A DNA stretch of 64,000 nt from Octopus sinensis (lineage: Eukaryota): assembly GCF_006345805.1 (NCBI RefSeq), contig NC_043000.1:98208001-98272000 (forward strand), read 5' to 3'. The position numbers and the translations under genes were made by a program. Numbering within the stretch: the first letter of the stretch is position 1; each line of letters opens with the position of its first letter. The notes beneath the pieces were generated by a model. It did no database searches. It was not told the origin of the DNA and was given only the letters and a program-made list of their open reading frames with translations. Of this stretch, positions 1 through 13,040 are shown one piece after another.

Positions 1-1030
1 TGATGTGATGACGGAGAGTGCAAGAGCAGGATTGAAAATGGAGATAAGGTATGCGGTTGACCTTGTTCTGATGAGTGAGATGATGGAGGGATTGAGGGAG
101 TTTTGGAAATAGAAGGAGGCATTTGAAAGCAAGGGTTTGAAGGTAAACCTCAGGAAGACAAAGGTGATGGTGAGCAGGGCGGAAAGAAAAGTTAGTGAGT
201 AATGTGAATCCATGTAGTGTATGTGGGAGGAGGGTAATGGCAAATGCGGTGTTGTGAACGAGATGTGAGAAATGGATTCATGGTAGGTGTACAAAAATGA
301 AGAAAGTGACTGCAAGACTGGCAAGAGAGTTTGTTTGTGGAAGACATGAGAAAGGAACTAGAGGGCTGGCAGAACCAGTGGAAACACCATGTGATGAGGC
401 GGAAATGGTGAGAGGGTTTTGTTATTTGGGAGATATGGTGGATGTAAGTGGTGGATATGAAGCAGCTGTGACAGCAAAAGTGAAACTTGGCTGGGTGAAG
501 TTCAGGGAATGTGGAGCATTGTTATATGGGAAAAGGTTCTCATTAAAGATGAAAGGAAGGGTCTATAAGAGTTGTGTGAGAGCTGCAATGCTGTATGGGA
601 GTGAGTCATGATGTCTGAGGGAGAGAGAAATGGTAATTTTGAGAAGTACTGAGAGAGCAATGGTGAGAGAAATGTGTGGGGCGAAGCTGTTTGATAAGAG
701 GAGGATTGAGGATTTGATGGGAATGCTGGGGTTGGAGAAATCGGTGGAATGGTTGGCAAGAGTGAATGGAGTGAGGTGGTGTGGGCATGTGTTGAGGAGG
801 GATGAAGAGCATGTTCTGAGGAGGGTGATAGCGCAAGAGTGAAGTGGACTGAGGAAAGGGTGGAGGAGACAGGTGGAGGAAGAGATTGGGAGGGTTGGTT
901 TGAAAAAGGACACCCAAAACCGGGCAAGATTGTGAGATGGTGTGAAGGCAATTGCTATGGCATTGAGGTAGATCCAGCCACCCCCGTTAATGGGGACAAA
1001 ACTTGGATTTAAAACAGTGGATGATGATGA
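1..1030 (+). mobile_element. RTE-clade LINE remnant: RT C-terminal half plus (GAT)n tail, frameshifted, truncated by the window edge
   Basis: Degenerate RT motif YAVDLVL near 50. ORF 297-611 FCYLGD..GG..AVTAKVKLGWVKFREC..LKMKGRVYKSCVRAAMLYGSE and ORF 630-842 RWCGHVLRR match RTE RT C-termini. Ends in gatgatgatga near 1030. Confidence 0.85.
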
Positions 1031-3789
1031 TCACTGCAAGAAACTGATCACTCGCCTGAATAAAAATAACAGCAAACTTTCCCTTAAATCATGCACAACC
1101 ATCTTAAAAAGGGAAATACATTATATAATGTAGTGCTAGGTACATTTTACATAGGGGGAAAAATAGATAGGATGGTCACAGTTGAAATGCTTTTTATCAT
1201 AGGTCTGTTCAAACAAGCCTGATTTTCAACTAAAAATGACAAATTGACAAAATGGTCAAAAATACTTTCGACCGTTGGTCTGCTCGATCAGGTCTGACCT
1301 GAGGTTAAGCAACTACCTCGTATTCTATGTAGTCGTCGTAGTTCGGGATGCTAGAAATAGCAGCCAAATCTTTGTAAACCACAAATAATTCATTGGACAA
1401 TATAGCTGTGCATATCCCTCACCTCGACAAACAAGTGGTTATCACTGAAATACTGTTGCTCATAGGTATGCGTGATCAGGGCTAATCCAAACAACGACAC
1501 CCATTTTACGAACTTTCTGATTTCACTGCGAGACTAAATGTGTACAAAATATGATTTCGTATATAAAGTCACTGACTCCTATACACAATGGCTCTGGTTG
1601 TGTCATAATCAACCTCATGTGGTTATGTTTGTGAAAGGGGAACATCATATGATGACACAAGCCTTGTGACAGATCGGTGAGATGAGAGGGTAAAGGATGC
1701 GCGCACACACCATAATAAAACCAAAATTTTTGCATGTGACCTCACACTCTCAGAACATTAAAGAGATCTTAAAACATTTGTTTTAAGACATTTAATAGTC
1801 CTCTCAGTATTGGCATATTGTAAATAATTCGTGTGTTATTAGAGCCACTATCTTTGTAAACATTGTATGTAGGTGTGTTTATCTATGTATACACATACAA
1901 AGGTACATGTATATAAATATGCCAACTCCAAAAGATCGCGCGTGTGCGCGCACACACATATATGTATATATATACATACACACACAAACAAAACGTGACT
2001 AAGAGGAAGATGACATCCTTGAACTTTTTATATTTTTTATTTTGCAGGACTGGGCGAGGTTGGTTGGAAAAAGACACAAAGAAGAATGTCAAATGGTTGC
2101 TTAAATGTGGGCTACATCCCTAGATCAGAAATATGGTCCGATTGCATGCAATCCGTCAATAGTTCCTACGAAAACTGCATGCAATTCCGTAAATGGTTCC
2201 TACGAAAACTGCACTGCTTTTAAACTACCCAATGGAATTTAAGACAACTTTAGGTCAGCTCTGATCGAAGAGACTTTCGATGAAAAGAGGTTCAGCTGTG
2301 ACTATAAATCTTTTATTTAGGCTACAATTTATAGCTATACTATCTGGTGACCAGTCATTCTGTTTATCAAGACGCTAGAATGTGTAATTGAAAGAGATTT
2401 GGTTACTTCTTTTTAACAGGTCGAGTAAATGAATGAACAGAGATTTCCTTTCGTTGGCAATTTATTCCCTCAATCATGAGCGAATAAGCAAAATTACAGA
2501 AAACCAGAATAATGCCACCAAGTTTCAAATCTCGGATGTTTTATCGGAACATGAAATCAGTCCTTACAACTTGACTGGTACTTTACTATTACCGACACTG
2601 AAAGGATGAAAGGCAGGCTCGTTTAGATAGAAAAAAATTATATCTTTAACTATTAGCACAGTAATAAAAATAAATAAACTTAAAAAAAAAAGTTTAACAA
2701 TTTCGAACTTTGGGCCAAGTGTACAGTATTACGAGAGCAAAACAGTAGTTTAGATCGACCTAGTCAAGGGGTGGCATTCTTAACGGCTGTTTCTTATAAT
2801 GACAATCGGAAGTCGAACTCGGCGAGTTTTGAACTCACTTTATACGTAAACAACGCAAGGTATTTTACCAGACACTTGAGAGATTCTAAGCCATATGTAA
2901 TTAGTATTAATCTAGTCTAAAACATATTTTAGTCACCTTTCAAGTTGTTTGTTAGCTTTTCGTTTGACACAGTCAGAACCGAAGTATGTTTACAATTGAG
3001 TTCATAACGGTTTGTCACATAGGTGCAAGGCTAGAATTCTGTAAAGTATGGGAAAGGCTGGAGTGGGGAAATAATAGATTAAAGGTAAAATCGAATTTGA
3101 CGGGATGTGAATATTTGAATGGAATAACTAAAGGGCTGTAACAAATTACCACAACGCATTTTGTCCGACGCCCAAACGATTACGCCAATCTATCAATTAG
3201 AGGCAATATTTATTGAGAAAAATGCGTATGTTTGCTAGTCAGAAGAGGTGTGGCATTGAGTAATGCTTTCTATACACTTTCTTCGACTCGGTCCAATGTA
3301 GCATAGATATTTTATGAAGTTTTTCACTGCTTAATTGGGACAACTTTCGCAAGTGTTGCAATTGTTGTGTGAGTCATTAAAACGTCGAGTATAACTGACA
3401 ATTTTAAACAAGTATTGTGTGTATGTATATAAACTCCTATATGTTTGAAACTCGGAGAAACAATTAAACAATCATCAACTTACTCTCAATAAAAATAACA
3501 ATATTATATATATATATATGCGCGCGATCTCACGTGTGTATAAGGCAACGCTAACGATATAAAGTACGAGATATTTTGACAATTATATGTATATATATAT
3601 TATATTAATATATACGTGTATGTGTTTATGAAAACAAATATATTTTGTTTGAAAGGGAAAATAATATAAACATTAAATAAACATAAATGTACGAGTAAAA
3701 CAGATATTAATCAGCATTTAGCCAATACTTACAATAAAAAAATCAGTTTAAGGCAAGAAAAGTAAATAAATCCTAGATTCGTAACAAAA

Positions 3790-3835
3790 CTACTTCCTCC
3801 CCGAAAGATGTCGTTTCCAGTGACGTCACCAATAT
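3790..3835. promoter_or_regulatory. Promoter-like motif cluster (CRE palindrome, CCAAT, ETS-like)
   Basis: GTGACGTCAC palindrome at 3820-3829, CCAAT at 3829-3833, ACTTCC at 3792-3797, in CpG-retaining DNA. Motif match only. Confidence 0.3.
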
Positions 3836-4534
3836 TAGTGAATAGCCTTTAATAATAATTTTAAGTTGTTAGTACCTATTTATATACAGAATAAATATAA
3901 AAAACGTGTTCCCTTAAATATTTCTTATTATTAAGTATAGTTATTCGTCATGTGTTGGAATGAAATTTATATTCACTTAAACTAATAAATATTTGGTGTG
4001 TGTGTGTCGTGTATACGTATCTATGTGTATGTGTAAGTATAAAAATGAGTTAACTAGTTTTTCAAAATTATTATCCTAAGTATTGCCATTGTTATTATTA
4101 TTATTATTAATAAAGAATAAATTACTATTAATATCATGAAAAATATAATATAATCATTCAAATTTATTCTTTAATAACTATTTGATGAATGTGTGTATGT
4201 CTATAAACGTATTTATATGTGTGAGTATTTGTGTGTGTGTGATTATATATATATATATATATATATATTGTAATGAGTCACCCAGAGCTTTTGTTTTTAC
4301 ATCTATTATTTTATCAAGTGTAAAGTTCGATATAATCGATAATACCCTCCTACTCCGCAATATTCCTGGTCATATGTCAATATAAGAATATTTTTATCGC
4401 AAAAATATTACATAAACTCACTGAATAAAAAAGGAAACTCAAAGAAAATGAAATGCAAGTATATATATATTTAAATATATATTATACACATCCCAGTACA
4501 ATGGTTTCTGACATAGGCTCTAGGCCTGAAATGT

Positions 4535-4925
4535 GACCGATTCCGGTACTCGGCCCTTTTCAATCAAGATACCGCACTCATTGGTGTTTTAGTTTATCCA
4601 CTCTGAAAGGATGAAAAGGCATGGTTGACCTTGGCGAGAGTTGAGCTCAAAACATGAAGGACCAGAAGGAATGCGGCTAGGCAATTTTCTACCCCGATGC
4701 TTCAACGATTCTTCCAGCTCCCAATATAATAATCGTTTTTACTATAGGCACAATGCCTGAAATTTTGTGGGAGGTGACAAGTCGATTGCATCGACCCAAG
4801 CGCTCAACTGGCACTTGTTTTATTGACTTCGAAATAATTAAAGGCTAAGTCAACCTCAACGATATTTGAACTCAAAACGTAAAGAGCAAGAAGAAACGCA
4901 GCTAAGCATTTTGTCCGTTGCCTTT
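4535..4925 (-). mobile_element. Two adjacent degenerate copies of a tRNA-derived SINE (family B)
   Basis: Reverse complements of the family-B core (gagttcaaat..gaggtcgactttgcctttcatcc) also seen at 8705, 38037, 39250, 60157 and 62335. Confidence 0.65.
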
Positions 4926-6094
4926 ATAGGTCCCACTATAATAAAAAAAAACATTCAGGTAGATGATGTACCGACTGCAAGACGTTTAAGTATTTTGAGA
5001 TTTTCAGATTGAGTTATTTCCCTTAGCTCACTTTTTTTTTTCAATTATGCAAATTACTACTGGCTCGAAATTTTTTCAATATTCACTCATCAAGCGGGTC
5101 CGAGAAGATTATTCTTCGTTGATGAGGTCTGATAAGACGAAAACATGTGCCTTACTAATCAGATTTTCTCATCTAAAGATCTAAATTCAATTTTCTGAGA
5201 ATTTGTTTTTCTAAAATTATCTCCCTTCTCTGTGAGTGCTGCTAACAATTACCACTAGGCTTTTGTCTTCTTTCCCCCACAGGCAATGCTTAAATTCAGT
5301 GAGCATATTTTGTGTACTCTATTGAGTGCATCACCTACTTGAATGATCTAAATTCATGTCATTGGGTCTCTTAAGTTATTTCCCTTAGCTTAGTTAAAAA
5401 AAATATTCTTGGTCCGTATATTTGTTACAAGGGCTAACAAAAGATGAACTCCAAATTAGCAATGGAGGGATGGGTTATATTTCAATAAAAAAAGAAAAGC
5501 AATAAAGAAAAAGGAAAAAATTCACAAATAAATTTAAAAGTCAAAATATATATCTCGTTATAGAATCGGTTCTTTTATTTGCCACAAGGACAATGAGGTG
5601 AGGGGACATTAAACTAAAAAGGGTGAAGTGAGGAAATTATGGGTACGTCTTTTTTAAAGAAAAAGAAACAAAGAGAAACAAGAAAAACAGATGGGAATAA
5701 AATGAAATTAAAAAATTTACAGTATATATGTAAAATATAATAACAAAATAGCTTTTATTATTTGACACAAGGGTAAAAGAAAAAGGATGAGATGCATAAC
5801 CATGAGTGAGGGGGGAGGGGAAAAACAGAAATCGAAAAACGAACGAAACGAAAATATAAATGGAAAATAAAACAAAAACAAACCTGAATTAAACGAAATG
5901 AAATATAAATACATATATTTTTATTCTATTTAGTTTTTATTATCATTATTATCAAATAATAATTATAATGATGATGATTTTTAAAGCGACTAAAGAAGAA
6001 AAATAAATATAAAATGAGGAGAAGAAGAAAACATTTATAAGAACTTTTCGTAGTAATCATTTTGAGGAGGAGAGTAGTTTACATGACTTAGTTT

Positions 6095-6139
6095 CCTACC
6101 AAAGATGGCGGCATTGTTGCAGTGTTGTGCGGAATTGGG
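6095..6139 (+). other. CSDE1: Probable first (5'UTR) exon / TSS region of CSDE1
   Basis: YY1-type AAGATGGCGGC at 6102-6112, followed by a strong donor GG|GTGAGT (intron starts 6140). Lies in CpG-rich non-repeat DNA upstream of all coding exons. The start coordinate and the link to CSDE1 are inferred. Confidence 0.55.
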
Positions 6140-6786
6140 GTGAGTTTTTTGTCTGTAAACCTCGTTATTATTACTAGTTTCGTTAACTGTTCATCGTTAC
6201 CACTTTCTAAAGACTGCTACTAAAGATCTTGTCTAAATTTCGTGTTCGTAGGTTCTCTCTACCATCAATTGTTTTAGTAATTTAATCAATGAGGAGGAGA
6301 GAAGAAAAGTAACATAGATGTATGTGTATGTATATTTGGCATTCGACCACATCGCTTCATGTATACATCTTCATCTCTATGCAACTATTAACTAACACAC
6401 ACACATTGCTACTAAATAACGAAGGGAGGGAGCCTTTACGTACGAGGTCGCTCGTCATTCTAGAAAGAAAGAATCACCAAATCTTCCTACAATCCAACAC
6501 CATGCCGTTTTTTAAAAAAAATAAGATAAAAAGATAAAAAAAAAGGAAGAACCATGTTTGACAATGTAGTAGTTTCTGATATAAAAAGGACGCGATAGTC
6601 ACGTCTGGAACGCCTTTAACCATAGCTTTTCTCTAACAATTGAGAATCGCATATTTACAAATATAACATGATCAAACAACGAACATATAGCCATACAAAA
6701 AAAAAATGAGAGGGACGCCATGTGTTTTACTTTTTTTCTGTTTTCATCACTCCATGTTATGCATCTGTATGTATATACATACATAT

Positions 6787-6829
<43 letters not shown>

Positions 6830-7384
6830 ATGTCTTATGTATATAGATGTTTGTGTTTATATATATATATAGCCTATGTGTGGGGGAGTATATGTGTGAT
6901 TGTATGTATGTGTGTATATGTACCTATGTGTGTGTGTTGCTGTGTAACCCCCAAAGCCTTGTGAAAGGCTTTCCAGCTGTGACTGCTTCATATTTTTAGG
7001 GGTATGTATGTGTGTATCACTACATTTCCAATGTGTTCTTACCTTGTTTTAAGGTGTGATTTGAGGGAAATACGACTGTTATTGCTTGAAAATCGAGAAA
7101 CCACGAAAAGGCTCTTTTCTTGGTTCGATGTGTGTGAGTATATATAAATGCGTTTGTGTAGGTATGTGTATGTGTATATATATATATATATGCGTTTGTT
7201 TCTGTATCTAAATCTATTATATATAAATGAATAAACCTGCATGAATATATAAATATTTGTATACAAGAGTGTATCTGTATAGTGATTATATATATGTATT
7301 AGTGTATATGTTCTGGTGTTTGTTTTAATCATCACCTATAGGCTATTCTGTAACACTATGTTGGTACATTGTGTTTTTACATAT

Positions 7385-7430
<46 letters not shown>

Positions 7431-8178
7431 TTTGTGTAGGTATGTGTGTACCTATATATATATATGTAAACACATACAGTGTGTGTTTAAACATAAATGC
7501 GCACAAATATATATAATGCATATTCAAAACCGTTTTAGATTATTTGTTACGATGATAAAAGGGTTATGATTATGTGTATCATGATGAAACCGACTTCAGG
7601 TCAGAATTTACCAACGTAACTGATGAAGGTGTTTCCATCATCATTGAAAATGAGGTGTTTTGTTGGTATAGATCGTCGTGCAGAATATTCTATAATTTCT
7701 AGACATTATGCAGTGACAGTTTTCCTCTTTATTCCACCACTTAGTCCTTGGGTATCTTTAGTGCATGCAGTCCATTTTGTTGCAATTTATCCGGACCCGT
7801 TCTCCATATGCTTACTAACCTTTCATTGTAGCGATCCTTGATTTGCTAGGGCCAAAAAGGAGAGCGTCTATGCGGCAACTCGGCTTACAAGCAATGTTTG
7901 ATTTCCCTCATATCATAGCCCACCTTCAAGAAAAGCAAGACAACAAGAGTAGGTGGGTGGATGGGGAATCATATTGAAAAATGCATTTCTGGATACACAA
8001 AGCGATGGGACAGTCCCATCTGGAATGCCTTTGATCACTAGTCTGCTGAATTAGGGCCGAGCTGGTGTTAACAGCAACAACCACAATTCGTGATTCCTCT
8101 CGCCATTTCTTCATAGCAGTCTTGGAATCGGTAATGGACTTTGTCCCTCTTTCTGTAACTGAACTCTCTCTCTCTCTG

Positions 8179-8180
8179 TA

Positions 8181-8254
<74 letters not shown>
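8179..8254. repeat. (TA)n microsatellite, representative of many TA/CA/CT tracts in the window
   Basis: Read directly. Other tracts near 6780, 7380, 12997, 16000, 25400, 37150, 37735 and 41490. Confidence 0.95.
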
Positions 8255-8255
<1 letters not shown>

Positions 8256-8257
8256 GG

Positions 8258-8643
8258 TTTTACTTGTTTCAGTCATTTGACTGTGATCATGCTGGAGTAC
8301 CGCCTTTAGTCGAGCAGATCGACCCCAGGACTTAGTCTTTGTAAGCCTAGTACTTATTCTATCGGTCTCTTTTGCCGAACCTCTAAGTTACGGAGACGTA
8401 AACACACCAGCATCGGTTGTCAAGCAATGTTGGCGGGGGGACTAACACAGACACAAACATATACACACACATGCATACATATATATGACAGGCTCCTTTC
8501 AGTTTCCGTCTACCAAATCCACTCACAAGGCTTTGGTCGGCCCGAGGCTATAGTAGAAGACACTTGCCCAATGTGCCACGCAGTGGGACTGAACCCGGAA
8601 CCATGTGGTTGGTAAGCAAGCTACTTACCACATAGCCACTCCT
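8258..8643 (-). mobile_element. Near full-length tRNA-derived SINE (family A), CpGs retained
   Basis: Reverse complement reads ggagtggctatgtggtaagtagcttgcttaccaaccacatggttccgggttcagtcccactgcgtggcac...gactgaaacaagtaaaa. More than 10 related copies in the window. Confidence 0.85.
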
Positions 8644-9466
8644 ATGTTTATAGCACAGTGTATAATTAAATCAGTTGGTACATTTTATTTTGGGTGGCGT
8701 GTGTTTCATTAGATGGGTGTAGGCGGTCAGTTTGCCTAACCGTTAGAACATCGGATAAATACGTTGCGATATTTGTTCCAACTATCTCTGCGTTTTGGGT
8801 TCAAATCTTGCCGAGATCAACTTTGCTTTTCGTTCCTCTGGTTGTCAATAAGATAAATTACCATTAAAATATTGGACTCTGTTCTCGCCTCTCACTCAGA
8901 ATCAGCTGTTTTCTTGTGCTTTGCGGACATGTTGCAGGAGGGACTAACTACTCCCTTTCCGCCAAGACGAATCTCTTTCATTGACTCATAGTTGAAGTTC
9001 GTAGTCTCGCCGATGCTATGACACATGAACAAAAAATAAAAAAAAGGGATTGTTAAAACGACGAAGAAATTCGTTGAAATTAGATTGATTTTTAAAAAAA
9101 TCACTTTCTATTATTTTTTTCCAATTGACTGTTTATAGTTTATTCGCTGATCATGTAGTAAAAATATTTGTGGACATTGTTTAATCCTGATCCAGCAAGA
9201 TTTAATCAAAAGAGTACTTGTGGTGACCATCCTGTTTTTTTTTTCTGTCTTTGTACTATGCGTTTACGATTACAACCAATTTAAAAAGTGTGGTGAGATT
9301 TGGCCATTGTAAATATATATTGAAATCAGCTTGATTCGGTTGTTCAAATCCAGATTACTTTTGATCTAATAGTCGTATGACCAGAGGGCGTTCCATTAGT
9401 GGTCGTGCCGTCGCCTTTTGTATGATTGGGTTACTGTTGTGTAGCATTTCGAATAGCCACCTAGGG

Positions 9467-9868
9467 CAGTGATTCTCCAAGTTCTTCTGTTATTCCGCCC
9501 CACCTCCTTGATTTAATGTAATTTTTCCATTCCCCCTTATTCCCATGCAAATAAGTAAACTAATGTGTGTTCTTAACAAGCATATAACTATTTCTCACGC
9601 TTTCGTTGTAATGCTGTTACGTAACATCTGCGATCCTTCTCGTACACCCTCTGCCGTAACGTTATACATACATATATATATATGTGTATATATAAAAAAT
9701 ATTACGTACATATATCACATCGTTTTCTTCCCCTTATTTGCAAACATGTATGACCTCTCTCCCTTTCACGAAAAAGATGTAAAAGCAAACTTCGTAAGTT
9801 ATGCAATGGCATGATCTGTTATGTTCACCCCTTGTGAGAATAAATGTGTCCCTGTGTGAGAATCACTG
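9467..9868. mobile_element. hAT-like MITE
   Basis: Perfect 11-bp terminal inverted repeats CAGTGATTCTC / GAGAATCACTG. No 8-bp TSD recognisable. Confidence 0.5.
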
Positions 9869-11005
9869 ACGAGGTTCGTGTTGTCGACGGTTATCCCCTC
9901 TCACATGCAAAATCTTCATAGTTTGACTGTTAAAACTGTTCTCTGTGCTCACAAAGATAGTAGGGTGTGATTTAAGGGAGACGAAGGTTGCATTTTGCAG
10001 CAAATCACGCTGCCACGTGTAGGCTCTCTTGTGTTTGTGCATTTTGACTTTAGCTCTGATTCAGCAAGCATTTTAACCAAAGACGTTACAGTCGTGACCA
10101 ATTCATCTATTTTCAAAATAGCTATAGAACATCATCCAGTGTTTTTCCCCCCTTTATTAAAGCAGTAGGGTGTAATTAGATTGAAATTTAACTGCGGTTT
10201 CTAACTGCTTCGACCGATCGCTTAGAATCTACCTCGTTGGCTTGTAACAGATACTATTTCTCAAGAATGTGACATTAGCGAATTTAAAGACTCACATTAC
10301 GTGACAGTGCTGCTGCTCTACTACTACTAATACTAATATAATAATAATAGTGATAATGGTTTATTGGTTTGGCATACAGCCACACGTCTGTAGAGGTGAT
10401 GAGTATGTTTTACATATTGAATTAACCAAGCTACTTGGCTCATTGTGTATTTCTCTACTTTTTTTTAATTCCAATCTTCGAAAGATGAAAGGCAGTTAAC
10501 TCTGTCGGGAGCCTCTAAGGGCTCTTGGTTCGACCGCCTGTTCTTACTCTTCTTTCACCACCAATTTCTTGACCCATTCTTACTATCCTGTCGATCTGTT
10601 GTTGTCTTTGTTGTTTTAATCCTATGCCCGTCTTGATTGTGCAGGCCTGTAATCATAGATATCCCTGTCACCCTCACGGACTTCTCATACTGAAGACATT
10701 AGGGTGTATTTTGAGGGAGATTTGCCTGCTATTTCTTGCTGTTCGAGCGACGACTTAAAGGTTGTGTCGTTTTCTTCCTCGCCGTCATGTTATCGTCATC
10801 ATTATCACAACTCGCGTCCTTTATGTATTCTGTTATTAAAGGGATTAGAATGTTAAAGACTTTTTTTGGTTTTAACTCTCACCAACCTTTTTATTCTAAA
10901 CGTTTGTTGTTTTATTACAAATTGTTCGATTTTATTGTTGGTACAACGTAGAATAAAAAAGCATCAACAAAGAATTCTGTAATCTTTTGTTGATTTTAAT
11001 TTCAG

Positions 11006-11040
11006 GCCTTCAAATCTATCTTCAGATACACGATAAATAG
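11006..11040 (+). other. CSDE1: Candidate 35-nt 5'UTR exon of CSDE1
   Basis: Acceptor tcttttgttgattttaatttcag| and donor tag|gtaaga flank non-repetitive sequence. No transcript evidence. Confidence 0.4.
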
Positions 11041-12987
11041 GTAAGATAGGTAGTGAAAGTTAATTTCAAATGAAGAAAAATGCAATAAAAAAAGTGTTCT
11101 CGTGTAATTTTAAAAAAAACCCAGAAAAAAACGTCGTTGTGGAAGGAAAATCAAGTGCCGAAAGTATCTACGGATATCGGTTTGCCTTTTATCCTCCTGA
11201 GGTCGAGGAAATAATTAGCAGTCAAATACTGGGGTCTGAGAGTCAACATAATTGATAATATACTTTTGGCCTTGTGCCAGTCTTAGAAATTACAGTTATT
11301 CCGAATTGAACACTATTTTTTTTTGAATATTGTGTAAAAATCAAACGTTAAACATGTAGCTGGGTTCGTAGATATCTGCTTGAGATGGTGAATTGTAACT
11401 ACAGGTAAAGAAAAAATATATATTAAAAATGTTTCATAAGATTTAAGTGGATAAGTAAAAGAAAAAAAAAATTGTTCGTAAGTTTTTACTTCGTTGATAT
11501 TATCAAATTGTAATTAATTATTTGTAGTTAAACTCCATATTTTGTTGAAAACTGAATAAAATGAACGAAATCTAACAGAGGACAATGCAAAAAATGCAGT
11601 ACACAAGACAACCAAACAAGTAACGCTGGTAAAACATTTTGAAGAAATGTAGTTTACTGGAGAGGTTGTGTATATTTTGTTGACGGTGAATTATGTGTGT
11701 GTGTGTATGTATACACATACATACATAGGAACCATGCTTGTATGTACTTTAATGAGTGTCTGCAGATGTTTAAGCTATGTTGTGCTGTATGTATTTGTAG
11801 CTGTTTGTAAGTGTGTGTGTATCTGTTTACTGTGTGTTTTTCTGCCATGAAACAGCATTCTTTTGGCTGTTGCCAGACTTTCTTTTGGTGCTATAGCTAA
11901 CCCAAAGTTTGGATTGTAAAAGGTAGTAGACAACAATGAAGAATGCTTAGAGGAGCTGTTTGATTTTCTGCGAGACTTATGAAATAAACTCTCTCTTTCT
12001 CTCTCTCTCTCAAGACGAGACAAGCTATAATTCTCATGAAACCAAATCCAAGGAACGAACTTGTCTTTCTGTTCTGGAATTATTTCAACATACTTTCTAT
12101 ACTTTTGTTGTTCACCTTACACTCCTCTCTTTTAAACAATTTTTTTGTTTCTTTTTTTTTTTTTTTGCTTTTAGAAAAAATGAACAGTTCATGGATTTTA
12201 TATATTCTTTGAAGTGTAGAGTTTAATTTTTTTTCTTTACTACACACATACACACTTAAGCACATTTTTATTTGCTTCGATGTTTCTATCGCATTCTTTA
12301 ACTTCTTTTGCTATTCCACTCTCATACCTCTTCCTAATGGGAGTTTATTTGTGAAAATTCTTTAGAATTTTCGAAACATGCCTGGATGCAGTATTCTGGA
12401 AAACCATTTGATATTACCGAGGGTAAATTTTTATTTGTTGTTGTTGCTTCAGTTTATATTGTGTGTGTGTGTTGAGGAATGTCGTGTTGGTAATAATATA
12501 GCAGTGAAGAATGGTAGTGAGGGAGAGATAAGTGTTTAGACGCTAACTGCTGCTATCGGGTTTTCGTATAAATATATATTGTTTTTCTTTCAGGAGAAAT
12601 GATGGTGATGTTGTTTAGTCCCAGGTCAGACCTGATCGAGCAGGTGTTACAGCCGTTTATAAAACCATCATTGTTCTGTGTGTGCTTTGTTTGAACCCGT
12701 AACGTGTGATTGATAGCAAATTTGGCTGCTATTTCTAGCAGGTCGATGCTCTCATTGGCTTGTTGAGTGATGATGATTTTTGCATTCGTTTCGTGTAATT
12801 TGTTTTTCGTTAATAGTTTTTGGCAAAACTTCATGTTTTTCTGTTCATTTGTGATAAACCATTTATATAACTGGTATTCCACAGGACACGAGTATGTAAA
12901 CGAGGTGCATAAAAAAAAAAACAAATCAAAAACTTTTCTGAATTCTTTAAATATTTTCCACATTTTCGCCATCTTCTTATATGTATG

Positions 12988-13040
<53 letters not shown>

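Noticed and set aside
6722-8280. ORFs rich in YI, CV or HT dipeptides (also many elsewhere in the track)
   Set aside because: Translations of TA, TG and CA microsatellites, not proteins.
12553-12972. 139-aa minus-strand ORF
   Set aside because: No recognisable domain. It spans AT-rich sequence and a dispersed repeat found several times in the window.
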